A stretch of 64,000 bases of DNA from an uncultured Gammaproteobacteria bacterium. Its GTDB lineage: Bacteria; Patescibacteriota; Patescibacteriia; 2-01-FULL-39-33. Below the pieces are notes generated by a model that ran no database searches, was not told the DNA's origin, and saw only the letters and a program-made list of their open reading frames with translations. The translations under genes were made by a program, and so were the position numbers. Positions 35,226 through 46,970 of this stretch are shown piece by piece. Each line of letters starts with the position of its first letter. Within the stretch, counting starts at the first letter, position 1. The stretch lies in assembly GCA_964536975.1 (NCBI GenBank), contig CAZHYS010000003.1:15419-79418 (forward strand), read 5' to 3'.

Positions 35226-36510
35226 GGCTGCCATTGATGCGGACTTCAAAGTGCAGGTGCGGGCCGGTTGATCGGCCGGTCGTACCCTCGGCCATAATCA
35301 CCTGGCCGCGGCTGACCTTGTCGCCGACCTTGACATAAATCTGGCTGGCGTGTCCATACAATGTCGTGGTGCCGCCGCCATGGTCAATTGTCACATTATA
35401 GCCATAGCCGGTCCTAAGATATTGGACGCGGGTGACAATACCATCTTCGGCGGCGTAAATCGGCTTGCCTTGGCCGCAAGCGATGTCCAAACCGGTGTGC
35501 AGCCAGCCGCGGTAGTATTGGGTGATGCGACGGCAAGAGCTCGGCCATTGCAGTTTGCTGCTGGAAACAGCTGCCGGAGCAGTATTGGTCGGCGCGCTGG
35601 CAACCGCCGGAGTGCTGTAAGTTCTCGGTTTGGCAGTATAGACGACGCGGCCTCCGGGCACCATAAGAATGTCCCCGACTACCAAAAGTTCGTCATCAAT
35701 ATTATTAAAATCCTTAATGGCGTCGGCAGTAGCCTCGTATTTTTGAGCAATAGCTTTGATGGTATCGCCTTTTTTGACTGTATGAATGACACCGGAGGTC
35801 GGCGGGATGATGAGTTTTTGTCCGGGTTTAATGTAAGAAGTGGACGACAAATTATTGGCCCACAAAATAGTATTGACAGAGATATTAAAACTGGTGGCAA
35901 TAGCTCCAATGGAGTCACCTTCTTTGACAATATATTCTTGAATGCTGGTTTTGGTGATTTTTGCCGCTTCAGTGCTGGCTAAATCCGGCTTGACCAAGGT
36001 ACTGCCGCCTTCGGTCATAGCCAATTCCGAGCCGTACTGACCCTGATAAATGTCGTCCTCATTCATCTGTGATTGCGACAATAGATCGCGCGAAAGATAT
36101 GAACTTTTTTCCAAATAGCTGTTGCCGGTGATTTCTTCTGACGCCATTGTTGAGTCTTCAATTATTTCCAGATTCTCCACGCCGACAAGATCATAGATTA
36201 GAGCGCCTTGGCCGTAATCCTCCTCGTTATTGCCATAAGCAAAGATATTGGAAGTGACGACAAACAGTGAAATAACGATGACAACGACATGGACAATGTA
36301 TCTATTGGAGAACAACAAAATGACTTTTTCCATTTGGCCGGAAGTCTTTTTGGCGATTTTGTTTTTTGTCAGCAGATAACGGCCGAAAAAGGGAATTATT
36401 ATCAGTCGGAAAAAGATTTTTGCGACAGACAAAAATGGGCCTTTAAACAGCTTTAAAAGGCGCCAAATCATTTTTGCCAAAAATTCCAAACCAGTGATGG
36501 TCAGCGTCAA
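35197..36510 (-). CDS. M23-family metallopeptidase with two LysM domains and N-terminal membrane anchor
   Basis: The LysM domains (VKEGDSIGAIATSFNISVNTI; VKKGDTIKAIAQKYEATADAI) and the M23 motifs HTGLDIA...HLHFE are present. Confidence 0.8.
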   Translation of the reverse strand: MTLTITGLEFLAKMIWRLLKLFKGPFLSVAKIFFRLIIIPFFGRYLLTKNKIAKKTSGQMEKVILLFSNRYIVHVVVIVISLFVVTSNIFAYGNNEEDYGQGALIYDLVGVENLEIIEDSTMASEEITGNSYLEKSSYLSRDLLSQSQMNEDDIYQGQYGSELAMTEGGSTLVKPDLASTEAAKITKTSIQEYIVKEGDSIGAIATSFNISVNTILWANNLSSTSYIKPGQKLIIPPTSGVIHTVKKGDTIKAIAQKYEATADAIKDFNNIDDELLVVGDILMVPGGRVVYTAKPRTYSTPAVASAPTNTAPAAVSSSKLQWPSSCRRITQYYRGWLHTGLDIACGQGKPIYAAEDGIVTRVQYLRTGYGYNVTIDHGGGTTTLYGHASQIYVKVGDKVSRGQVIMAEGTTGRSTGPHLHFEVRINGSRVNPLNYIR

Positions 36511-36643
36511 AAACCGAATCGCGATTTTTCTAATAGATGATTTAATAATGGTGGTTTAAGTATTGAAACCTTGATTTTGATTATAAAATTATGAGGTTTT
36601 TTTGTCAATTGGTTTAAATGGCTTTTTGTGTTAAATTATTAAT

Positions 36644-37549
36644 ATGGATCAAGAAAAAATCAGCCAAAATATTATTCAGATAGTCTGCTATTTTGACCTG
36701 TTTGACTATCCTTTGACAGCAATAGAGATTCATAAGTGGCTGCCGGTCAAGGCGGGTTTGGCCGAGGTGGTCGCGGCTTTGAATTCATCCTGGTTTAATG
36801 GCAAAATTGATTGCCGCGACGGCCTGTATTTTCTTTTCGGTCGCCATGATTTGCCGGCCTTGCGCGGTCGCCGCTATCTCTTGGCTGAACGGAAATTCCG
36901 TCGGGCGATTTTTTTGGCAAAAATTTTTTCCCATTTTCCTTATATACGCGCGATCGCGATTTCCGGATCGCTTGCCTATTCCAATGCCCGGCCGGAGAGC
37001 GATATTGATTTATTCATCGTCGCCGCCAAGGGTCGGGCTTGGACGACGCGGTTTTTTGTCAATTCTTTTTTGTCTGTCTTCAATCTGCGGCCGCGTGGCG
37101 ACAATCGCCGCGACAAGATCTGCGCCAGTTTTTTTGTCGCCGCCGACGGGTTGGATTTGAGTTTTATCCGGCATTACCGCGAGGATATTCATTTTGCCTA
37201 TTGGCTGTCGCAGTTTGTTTTTTTGTTTGGCGATGAGGCCGGATTTTTTGCCGCCAATAGCTGGCTGGCCGATTGTTTGCCGAATTTTTATCCTTTCTCT
37301 CTTTCCGCCCGCCGCCGGCTTTCCGGTCGCGCTCTTAGTTGGGACTGGCTAGCCGCCTGGCTGCCAGAAAATTTTTTTCGCAAAATCCAATTGATTATTT
37401 TGCCTCGCCGATATTTGGCGCTCGCCGCCGCCGGCCAAGATGTGGTTTTGTCGGACCAAATGATCAAGATTCACACCGGCGCCAAGGGCCGGCAGGTGGC
37501 AGAAAGGTTAGCGCAAAAAATTGAATCAATTATAAAATCAAATGGATAA
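36644..37549 (+). CDS. nucleotidyltransferase-domain protein
   Basis: It has the minimal NTase motif GSLAYSNARPESDIDLFIV. Confidence 0.55.
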   Translation: MDQEKISQNIIQIVCYFDLFDYPLTAIEIHKWLPVKAGLAEVVAALNSSWFNGKIDCRDGLYFLFGRHDLPALRGRRYLLAERKFRRAIFLAKIFSHFPYIRAIAISGSLAYSNARPESDIDLFIVAAKGRAWTTRFFVNSFLSVFNLRPRGDNRRDKICASFFVAADGLDLSFIRHYREDIHFAYWLSQFVFLFGDEAGFFAANSWLADCLPNFYPFSLSARRRLSGRALSWDWLAAWLPENFFRKIQLIILPRRYLALAAAGQDVVLSDQMIKIHTGAKGRQVAERLAQKIESIIKSNG

Positions 37550-38924
37550 TCTTCGCAAAATAATTGACGGTCTGGTTTATCTTTTCGTCTTTTTACTGCC
37601 TTGGCAAACCGTTTGGATTGTGGAGGAAAGATTTTTGGGCGGCGCCAAGTGGCAGGCCGGCACAGTCGCTATTTACGGCACGGAGATCTTGTTGTGGCTG
37701 ATCATTATTTTGTCGTTGGTCGTTTGGGCTAAAGAAAAAAACAACAAAATGTCTTTTGATTCTTTCCGATCATCTATTACCAATCACTATTTGCCCGTCA
37801 CTGGTTACTCGTTGCTAATTTCTATTTTCCTTCTCTGCTCCCTCCTCTCAATTTTTTGGTCCGGCGATAAGCAGTTGGCGCTCTATTGGTGGATCAAGCT
37901 GGCTGAAGGCATCGTGCTATTTTTTGTTGTTTCATTCGGACGTCTCCGCGTCAGAAAAATCTGTTGGCCGCTCGCTCTATCTGGCGCTGTCCAAGGCGTT
38001 TTGGCGATTTGGCAATTTTTGGTCCAGGAAGTAGCGCCTAATAAGTGGCTCGGCTTGGCCGCGCATTTGCCCGCTGAATTGGGAACGGCCGTTGTGGCCA
38101 CATCGGACGGCCGCTGGCTTCGGGCTTATGGCGCTTTTTCTCATCCGAATATTTTGGGTGGATTTTTGGCAATTAGTTTTTTTGCCACCCTTTTTTTGTA
38201 TCTGAACTATCGTCCCGGCGGCCGGAAAATTATATTAGCGTCGTCTTTATTGGCTATCTCCGGCGGATTATTTTTCAGTTTTTCCCGCAGCGCGTGGCTA
38301 GCGGCAGTGACGGCTTATGGCGTATGGCCTATGGCGTATGGCCTATGGCGTATGGCCTATGGCGTATGGCCTATAGCAAATAGCAAATGGCAAATGGCCG
38401 GCAACAAAAAATTTTTGGAAATTATCAAACCGACATTGTATCTGCTTTTTGTTTTTTTGGTTTTATTCTCTATTTATCGCCCGCTGGTAGCGGCGCGCGT
38501 CGTTTCCAGTGACCGATTGGAGATAAAATCCGTTCAAGAGCGGCTAGACTCTGTTGCTAACGCCGAGCAAATGGTTAAAAGTCATTGGCTTGCCGGAGTT
38601 GGCATCGGTAATTATACTTTTTCGCTTCATCAAAAGAATCCCGGCTTGCCCGCCTTTGCCTATCTGCCGGCGCACAATCTGTATCTTTTGATCGCGGTCG
38701 AGCTGGGCCTGGTCGGCAGCTTGATTTTTCTGGCGATAATCGCATCTTTTTTTCTGTCCGCTTGGCGCCGATCACCCCGGGAGTTTTGGCCGGCAATCTT
38801 TCTGGCGATAATTTTGATCTTGGGCTGTTTTGACCATTACTTTTGGACCAGCTATTCCGGGCTCATGCTATGGTGGCTGACAGCGGCGCTAATTGTAAAA
38901 AAAGAGCCAGATAGCGGCTCTTGA
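37542..38924 (+). CDS. O-antigen ligase/polymerase (Wzy_C)-family membrane protein with an in-frame tandem-repeat insert
   Basis: It is polytopic and has a Wzy_C-like loop. A 14-bp tandem repeat sits at 38306-38396. Confidence 0.55.
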   Translation: MDNLRKIIDGLVYLFVFLLPWQTVWIVEERFLGGAKWQAGTVAIYGTEILLWLIIILSLVVWAKEKNNKMSFDSFRSSITNHYLPVTGYSLLISIFLLCSLLSIFWSGDKQLALYWWIKLAEGIVLFFVVSFGRLRVRKICWPLALSGAVQGVLAIWQFLVQEVAPNKWLGLAAHLPAELGTAVVATSDGRWLRAYGAFSHPNILGGFLAISFFATLFLYLNYRPGGRKIILASSLLAISGGLFFSFSRSAWLAAVTAYGVWPMAYGLWRMAYGVWPIANSKWQMAGNKKFLEIIKPTLYLLFVFLVLFSIYRPLVAARVVSSDRLEIKSVQERLDSVANAEQMVKSHWLAGVGIGNYTFSLHQKNPGLPAFAYLPAHNLYLLIAVELGLVGSLIFLAIIASFFLSAWRRSPREFWPAIFLAIILILGCFDHYFWTSYSGLMLWWLTAALIVKKEPDSGS

Positions 38925-38965
38925 CAGTCGCCCCTCCCTTGGGATAAAATGAGATTGGAAAACAT

Positions 38966-38992
38966 TTAGCACTCTAAATTATAGAGTGCTAA
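38966..38992 (+). promoter_or_regulatory. CIRCE operator (HrcA binding site) upstream of groES
   Basis: The sequence ttagcactc-taaattata-gagtgctaa is a perfect match to the CIRCE consensus TTAGCACTC-N9-GAGTGCTAA. Confidence 0.85.
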
Positions 38993-39028
38993 ATTATCTC
39001 AATTTAATAATAATTTCAGCTAAAATCT

Positions 39029-39304
39029 ATGACTATCAAACCGATTGGCGACCGCATTTTGGTCAAGCCGGTGACAGAAGAAGAAGTCACCAAATCCGGA
39101 ATTGTTTTGCCTGATAGTATTGATAAGGAAAAGAAAGCCGAAGGCGAAATCATCGCGCTCGGCGGCGGCGAGAAAGTCGCGCCGCTGGGATTATCCGTTG
39201 GTCAGAAAGTCCTTTTCGGCAAATACGCCGGCGAGGAAGTGAAAGTCGGCGATGACGAGTACAAGATTCTGAATCATGACGACATTTTGGCAGTCGTTGA
39301 ATAA
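39029..39304 (+). CDS. groES: co-chaperonin GroES
   Basis: The sequence IKPIGDRILVKP...GEIIALGGG matches GroES. Confidence 0.9.
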   Translation: MTIKPIGDRILVKPVTEEEVTKSGIVLPDSIDKEKKAEGEIIALGGGEKVAPLGLSVGQKVLFGKYAGEEVKVGDDEYKILNHDDILAVVE

Positions 39305-39441
39305 ATAATTAAATCGCAAATTAAATATCTTCTCTTTGTCTGAAGGAGACACCTCCATTCCCCCCCCCTCCTTGTCTGAAGGATGGGGGCGGGGGGAGGT
39401 AAAATCAATAATTACAATTAAAATTAAAAATTATAAATTAA

Positions 39442-41085
<1,644 letters not shown>

Positions 41086-41139
41086 GTATTAGTCCAAAGT
41101 TTATAAAGTTATAAAGTTCATAAAGTCAGGATTTGGAGG

Positions 41140-41480
41140 TGTAGGGGCGGGCAGCAGTTCCCCCTCCTTGTTTGAAGGAGGGGGTAGGGGGAGGTAGGGA
41201 AGGGATATTTTCCGACAACTCCTCCGCCCGAATCCGTAGAAGACGGGGCATGCCCCGTCTTTTTTGGTGTTATTATTGTTTTACCGCGGCGGACTTGGCA
41301 ATCCTATTTCCATACTGTCATCCCGACTAAGTCCGCCACGGCGGACGCATAGAGGGATCCCTCGGCTGCGCATTTCAATCGGGATCGCCATGGTTGTCCG
41401 TCCCAAAGACTCACAATAGCAGTATTTGCCGATTCCACGGATTATAATGTTTATCTGCCGTCGCGGATTCGTAGATTTGT
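41140..41480. repeat. composite repeat: about 110-bp CCTCC-hairpin element (also at 62570-62745), gacggggcatgccccgtc palindrome (also at 56955), and gtcatcccga...gggatccctcg / tccgccacggcggac elements (also at 63240-63600)
   Basis: The stretch 41146-41262 aligns with 62586-62700. The shared core is gttccccctcct..aggagggggtagggggaggt.gggaagggatattt.ccgacaa...cgtaga.gacg. Confidence 0.7.
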
Positions 41481-41574
41481 AATTAATTCGTAGATTTGTG
41501 GGGGATCAATGTTCCATTTTTTGTAATTTCATGCTATAATATTCTAAACTTCGCTAAAAAATAATCCTTAGCGT

Positions 41575-44001
41575 ATGACCAAGAGGTTGCCACTTTTTAT
41601 CCTGCCGATTTTGATGTTGGGAGGATTTTTTGTTTGCGCGGATTTCGCTCGCGCCGCTGATTATGATATTACCGGTACGGAAGTTTGGGAGGGCGGGCAG
41701 ACCATCGTCGTTGACCAGCTTCTAAGCGTCAATGTGACCGGCAAGTTGACTATCAAGCCGGGGACACTGATCAAGATGGGTGAGGGCGCGGCGATTATTG
41801 TTCGCGGCGAATTGATTATTGAAGGCGCGGCCGACAATCCGGTGGTAATCACTTCGCTCAAAGACGATAGTATCGGCGGTGACACCAATGGCGACGGCAG
41901 TGCCACTGTGGCAGCACCCGGCGATTGGTGGACTGTCGCCATCGCCTATCCGACGTCCAAATTTTTTGCTGATTACACGGTCATTCGGTACGGCGGCGGA
42001 CTAAACGGAACCATTGACAGTGTGATCATGTCCATGTCGGCCCAAGAAGTGAAGATAGACCACAGCACTATCGTTGACAACGCCGGCACCATCAGCAATC
42101 GCGTGGATAATTTTCATCTCAATAATTCCAATGTTTACGCTTTTTACGCCGACGAAGGCGAAATGAGCGGCATCAACAACACCGGCGAAGCGGCGATTGA
42201 TTTGACAAATAATTATTGGGGACATCCGGACGGCCCGACGACCGTGGCGGATTATATAAACGGCGACATCAAGGGGACGCTTGTAATGGGCGAGGCAAAT
42301 TATGAGCCGTACAACAGCGAAAAAATAATTTATTCCCGCCGGATTGATCCGGTCATTGTCATTCCGGGAATTTTGGGAAGCTGGAAAGTGAATGGCGAGT
42401 GGCGGTTGGACCCTATCTTGGGTACCTACAACAATCTGATGGAGGCGTTTATCTCCGCCGGCTACTATGAGCCGACTTGGGCAAATTGGCTCTTGGGTCG
42501 CAAGCCGACCCTATTTGCTTTTCCGTATGACTGGCGGCAGGACAACGCTATCACCGCGGATATGCTCAAGGAAAAAATTCAGGAGGTGAAGGAGAAATCC
42601 GGCCGCGACAAAGTGGATATTGTCGCGCATTCAATGGGCGGACTGGTGGCGCGGGCGTACATACAGAGCGACGATTATCAAAACGATGTGGATCAGGTGA
42701 TTTTTCTCGGCACGCCACATTTGGGGTCGGTGGATAGTTACAATAGAAGAGAAGGTGCTTATTTTGGAAATAAACCAATAGATTTTTTATTTAAAACAGT
42801 TTTTCAATTAGAGGCCAATGCCAACGGCTATTTGAGCTTGGTTGACTATATTAGAAATGAAGTGCCGACGGTCGGCCAATTATTGCCGATCTATGATTAT
42901 CTGAAAGACAAAACCGCCGGCGTTTGGCAACTCCGAAGCTATCCGACCAATTATCCACGAAATGAATTTTTGGAAGGCCTCAACTCCGCCGACAGGTTGT
43001 CGCGTTTGACCCAGCGGACAAATGTCACCAATATCATTGGTAATATAAGTGAAGGCACCTTGCGCTATATCCGAGTCGTTCCCGACCCAAATACCAAGGA
43101 CAAACTGTGGCAATACGGCTATCCGGAAAATCTGCGGGACAATGAAAATTCTTTTGAGTCGGCAGACGGCGACGGCACTGTCTCTGCCAACAGTTCTAAT
43201 GCGATTTCCGACGCGCGCATGATTGAGCTGTCCGGCGATCATCTGGCGCTCCCCACTCTCGCCCAGCAGGATGTGATTGAAGCTTTGACTGGCCGGCGGC
43301 CGACCGCGTATCTTGATAACGCGCAAGCTTACAATGCCCGCCGTTGGACTATTTTGCGGGTGTATTCGCCGGTGGATTTCGTGGTTATTGATCCGCTTGG
43401 CCGCCGCGTGGGCAAGGATTTTGCCAATAGCACGACGACCAATGAGATTGCCGGCGCGTTTTATACCGGCTTTGACAGCGAAGTGGAATTTGTCGCCATT
43501 CCCGATCCCGTGGACGGCGAGTATCGGGTGGAGCTTCAGGGTGTTGATGGCGGTGGCGAATACAAGCTGGCAGTGAGCTTTGTTGACGAAGATAATGCGT
43601 CTCTTAACAGCGAAGCGGAAGTGAAGTCGTTTATCGCCGCCGGCGCCGTTGATAGCTTCACGGTTGATTATAGCGCGTCTTCTACCGCCGAGCCGTCTTT
43701 TGAGTCGGAAGTTGATTTTGCCAAGTTGATAGATATTACCAATGCTCTATACGAGCAAAAGGAGATAGCCAAAAAAGAAATTTACAAGATCTTGATCAAT
43801 GATTTCCGCCAGCTGGAGAAAAACTACAATCAAATGGATGGCAAGCACAAGCTCAAAGATAAAATCTTGGAAAAATATATCATCGTCCGCTTGGAAATTA
43901 TCAAGAAAAGCCTGGAGCTGTATCAGCGCCATAAATGGATTTCTACTACCGCCAAAAATGTGCTCGTTTCAAATATAAATTTGTTAATTAATAAATTTTA
44001 A
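41575..44001 (+). CDS. secreted alpha/beta-hydrolase (lipase/PGAP1/LCAT-like GxSxG: VAHSMGGLVARAY) with N-terminal beta-helix-like domain
   Basis: It has a signal peptide, an N-terminal repeat-rich domain, a Ser hydrolase motif and a C-terminal coiled coil. Confidence 0.6.
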   Translation: MTKRLPLFILPILMLGGFFVCADFARAADYDITGTEVWEGGQTIVVDQLLSVNVTGKLTIKPGTLIKMGEGAAIIVRGELIIEGAADNPVVITSLKDDSIGGDTNGDGSATVAAPGDWWTVAIAYPTSKFFADYTVIRYGGGLNGTIDSVIMSMSAQEVKIDHSTIVDNAGTISNRVDNFHLNNSNVYAFYADEGEMSGINNTGEAAIDLTNNYWGHPDGPTTVADYINGDIKGTLVMGEANYEPYNSEKIIYSRRIDPVIVIPGILGSWKVNGEWRLDPILGTYNNLMEAFISAGYYEPTWANWLLGRKPTLFAFPYDWRQDNAITADMLKEKIQEVKEKSGRDKVDIVAHSMGGLVARAYIQSDDYQNDVDQVIFLGTPHLGSVDSYNRREGAYFGNKPIDFLFKTVFQLEANANGYLSLVDYIRNEVPTVGQLLPIYDYLKDKTAGVWQLRSYPTNYPRNEFLEGLNSADRLSRLTQRTNVTNIIGNISEGTLRYIRVVPDPNTKDKLWQYGYPENLRDNENSFESADGDGTVSANSSNAISDARMIELSGDHLALPTLAQQDVIEALTGRRPTAYLDNAQAYNARRWTILRVYSPVDFVVIDPLGRRVGKDFANSTTTNEIAGAFYTGFDSEVEFVAIPDPVDGEYRVELQGVDGGGEYKLAVSFVDEDNASLNSEAEVKSFIAAGAVDSFTVDYSASSTAEPSFESEVDFAKLIDITNALYEQKEIAKKEIYKILINDFRQLEKNYNQMDGKHKLKDKILEKYIIVRLEIIKKSLELYQRHKWISTTAKNVLVSNINLLINKF

Positions 44002-44006
44002 AATTT

Positions 44007-44402
44007 ATGAAAATAAATTGGTCAAAAATTTTAATTTCATATTTTTCGGTGTTAATTTTGGTAGTTTTCTTAAGCTCAGTCGCTGCCATCGTTTTTGCGG
44101 GTAATTTGTATCAGTCTATATTCAGTCCCGTTTATAACTCTGGTTTATTAACCTTAGGAGGAGAAGGTTTGGATACCTTTTTAGGTGGCTTTTTGTTGTC
44201 ATATGCTTTATTATTGCCTTTACTATCATTCCTTATCATTTCCAGTAAAAAATGGATTTGTTGGCTTATTTTTATAATTCCATTCTTATTTTTCTTTTTA
44301 ACTGATAGCAAATGGTTTTCATGCTTCATCATCCTCACTATCCTCGGCGGCCTCATCGGCTGGCTGATTAAGTTGGTTTACACAAAGATCAAAAAACAGT
44401 AA
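44007..44402 (+). CDS. hypothetical 4-TM membrane protein
   Basis: It is hydrophobic and lies 5 nt after the preceding gene. Confidence 0.45.
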   Translation: MKINWSKILISYFSVLILVVFLSSVAAIVFAGNLYQSIFSPVYNSGLLTLGGEGLDTFLGGFLLSYALLLPLLSFLIISSKKWICWLIFIIPFLFFFLTDSKWFSCFIILTILGGLIGWLIKLVYTKIKKQ

Positions 44403-44404
44403 AA

Positions 44405-44790
44405 CCATTTTCCCTCCCCTTTATAAGGGGAGGGCAGGGAGGGGTATTATCACCCTGTCCGCCTTTATATTACGAACGAGGGAGCCTTTATAATTCTTCC
44501 CCCTCCTTACGAAGGAGGGGGTAGGGGGAGGTCAGATTAATTTATCCCCCCAATTTTTCCTCCCCTTACCAAGGGGAGGAGCCTGCCCTGAGCGAAGCCG
44601 AATGGGTATCTCCCCCCCCCTTGTTCTAAAGAAGGCATCTCTGTTCTTCCCCCTCCTTACGAAGGAGGGGGTAGGGGGAGGTCAGATTAATTTATTTCCA
44701 CCGCCCCCGCCAAAACCGATTACAATTTTGGCGACCCCTCCTTCGGACAAGGAGGGGTAATAAAAATACGAGGGGAGGGTTTTTTATGTG
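44405..44790. repeat. cluster of at least 5 CCTCC hairpin repeats incl. an exact 54-bp duplication (44504-44545 = 44644-44697)
   Basis: Member sequences are ccctcccctttataaggggaggg, ccccctccttacgaaggagggggtagggggagg (twice), cctccccttaccaaggggagg and cccctccttcggacaaggagggg. The shared motif cctgccctgagcgaagccgaatgg is also at 52150 and 57590. Confidence 0.8.
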
Positions 44791-44805
44791 TAATAGATGT
44801 GATTG

Positions 44806-44841
44806 ATCTCCGGAGATGTCTCCATAGATATCTCCGGAGAT
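44806..44841. repeat. left boundary palindrome atctccggagat-gtctccatagat-atctccggagat
   Basis: It contains two perfect 12-bp palindromes. The right-hand counterpart is at 50951-50974. Confidence 0.7.
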
Positions 44842-44910
44842 TTTTAGTTTGACTTTTGGAGCCGAAAGTGGGAAAATTATGGTATTAATTTAATTCTTGT
44901 TTCCAAAATT

Positions 44911-46944
44911 ATGGCAAAAATCTTAGAAATCATCAAAGACTCAAGTTATAATCTTTCAATTTTTGATCAGAAACTGATTGACGAGCTGGAAGGTAAAGTC
45001 ACCACAAAAGACGGCAAATCTTATGTTGTTTGCGCTATCCGAGATAAAGAAATAATTTTGAAGCCGGAGGAGGTTGTCCGCCAGCTCTATGCGATGAAAC
45101 TGCTTGAAGATTACGGCTATCCAAAACAAAGAATCAAATTTGAACACGCAATCCATTTTGGCCGTGAGGTAAAATCTGCCGACATTGTTATTTTTGACAA
45201 AGACCGCCCGACTGTTGAATACATCATTGTTGAAATTAAAAAACCAAAACTCCAAGACGGAAAAAACCAGCTCCGCTCCTACACCAACGCCACTGGTGCG
45301 CCGATTGCCGTTTGGACCAATGGTGGACAAATTTCGCATTACAACCGCAAAGACCCAAATTACTTTGAAGACATTACCGATATTCCAAAAGCCGACCAAA
45401 CGCTTGAAGATATTTTGAAAGAAAGATTTACTCTTAAAGACTTAATCATCAAAGACAAAATCCCGAACGAGGGGAAATCGCTCAAAACCATTATTCAGGA
45501 AATGGAAGATGAAGTTTTGGCAAATGCGGGCGTAGATGTCTTTGAAGAAGTTTTTAAACTTATTTTCACCAAACTGTACGATGAATTACAGAGCAAAAAA
45601 GACAAAATGCGTCTGGAAATTTATCTTGAGGATAAATTAAGCAAAGAAGATCGCGGAGATTATGACAAAGTAAAAGAAATTTTGGCAAAAATTGACGATT
45701 CCAGTTTCAGAGTTTTGGAATTTAGAAACACAGGTCAATCCGAGAGCGAACTAAAAAATAAAATTCAAAAACTTTTTGACGAAGCCAAAGCCAAATGGCC
45801 GGGCGTTTTTGACGAAGCAAGCCAAATTCAGCTTTCGCCCTCTCATCTTTCCGTCAGCGTTTCCAGTTTGCAGGATATAAAACTTTTCAATTCCAATCTG
45901 CAAATCATAGACGAAGCCTTTGAATACTTGGTCAATAAATCATCAAAAGGCGAAAAAGGCCAATACTTCACGCCTCGTCATGTGATTGATATGTGCGTCA
46001 AAATGCTCAATCCGAAAGCTGGCGAATACATGGTAGATACTGCCGCCGGTTCTTGCGGATTTACCGTTCATACGATTTTTCAAATCACCGGACATTTATT
46101 CCAAAACACCGACATTTCCGAGGAAGAAAAAGAAAATGTGCTTAAAGTATTCGGTATTGATTTTGATGAAAAAGTCGTGCGCGTTGCTCGCACTTTAAAC
46201 TTGATCGCCGGAGACGGAAATACCAACGTTTTACATCTCAACAATCTTGATTATGAACGCTGGAATGAATCAATCCAAAATCGCGACTGGCTGGAAGTGT
46301 ACGGAGCGGGATTAAAACGCCTCGAAGCTCTACAAAAAGATAAAAGTTCCTACAAAGAATTTAATTTTGATATTCTCATGGCAAATCCGCCATTTGCCGG
46401 AGACATCAAAGAATCGCGCATAATCCACAAATACGATCTTGGCTACAACGAAAAAAACAAACCAAAATCAAAAGTTGGGCGCGATATTTTGTTTATCGAA
46501 AGAAACTTAAACTTTTTGAAGCCGGGCGGAAGAATGGCGATTGTTTTACCACAAGGCCGTTTTAATAATACTTCTGACAAGGCAATTCGCGAGTATATCG
46601 CCGAAAAAGGCAGAATCCTTGCCGTAGTCGGGCTTCATGTAAACACTTTTAAACCGCACACGGGAACAAAAACCAGCGTGCTTTTTGTGCAGAAATGGGA
46701 CGACAAGCTTTGCCCGAAAGTGGAGGATTATCCGATTTTCTTTGCCGTTTCCGAAAAATCCGGCAAGGACAATTCCGGCGAGTATGTTTTCGTCAAAAAC
46801 GGCAACAATCAGCCGAAACTAGATAAAAATGGGCACTTGATAATCAATCATGACTTGCACAATCACGACGGCGAATTGCCCGACGGCGTAGCGGAAAAGT
46901 TTATTGAATGGGCGAAGTCGGAAAAATTAAGTTTTTGGAAATAA
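44911..46944 (+). CDS. restriction-modification fusion protein: N-terminal PD-(D/E)xK (HsdR_N-like) domain + gamma-class N6-adenine methyltransferase (BcgI-like Type IIB / Type I HsdM-like)
   Basis: It has the nuclease-like motif ADIVIFD...EYIIVEIKKP. The MTase motif I is VDTAAGSCGF and motif IV is NPPF (LMANPPFAG). No HsdR is nearby. Confidence 0.7.
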   Translation: MAKILEIIKDSSYNLSIFDQKLIDELEGKVTTKDGKSYVVCAIRDKEIILKPEEVVRQLYAMKLLEDYGYPKQRIKFEHAIHFGREVKSADIVIFDKDRPTVEYIIVEIKKPKLQDGKNQLRSYTNATGAPIAVWTNGGQISHYNRKDPNYFEDITDIPKADQTLEDILKERFTLKDLIIKDKIPNEGKSLKTIIQEMEDEVLANAGVDVFEEVFKLIFTKLYDELQSKKDKMRLEIYLEDKLSKEDRGDYDKVKEILAKIDDSSFRVLEFRNTGQSESELKNKIQKLFDEAKAKWPGVFDEASQIQLSPSHLSVSVSSLQDIKLFNSNLQIIDEAFEYLVNKSSKGEKGQYFTPRHVIDMCVKMLNPKAGEYMVDTAAGSCGFTVHTIFQITGHLFQNTDISEEEKENVLKVFGIDFDEKVVRVARTLNLIAGDGNTNVLHLNNLDYERWNESIQNRDWLEVYGAGLKRLEALQKDKSSYKEFNFDILMANPPFAGDIKESRIIHKYDLGYNEKNKPKSKVGRDILFIERNLNFLKPGGRMAIVLPQGRFNNTSDKAIREYIAEKGRILAVVGLHVNTFKPHTGTKTSVLFVQKWDDKLCPKVEDYPIFFAVSEKSGKDNSGEYVFVKNGNNQPKLDKNGHLIINHDLHNHDGELPDGVAEKFIEWAKSEKLSFWK

Positions 46945-46970
46945 ATTATAATTTTAAATTACACAATCTT

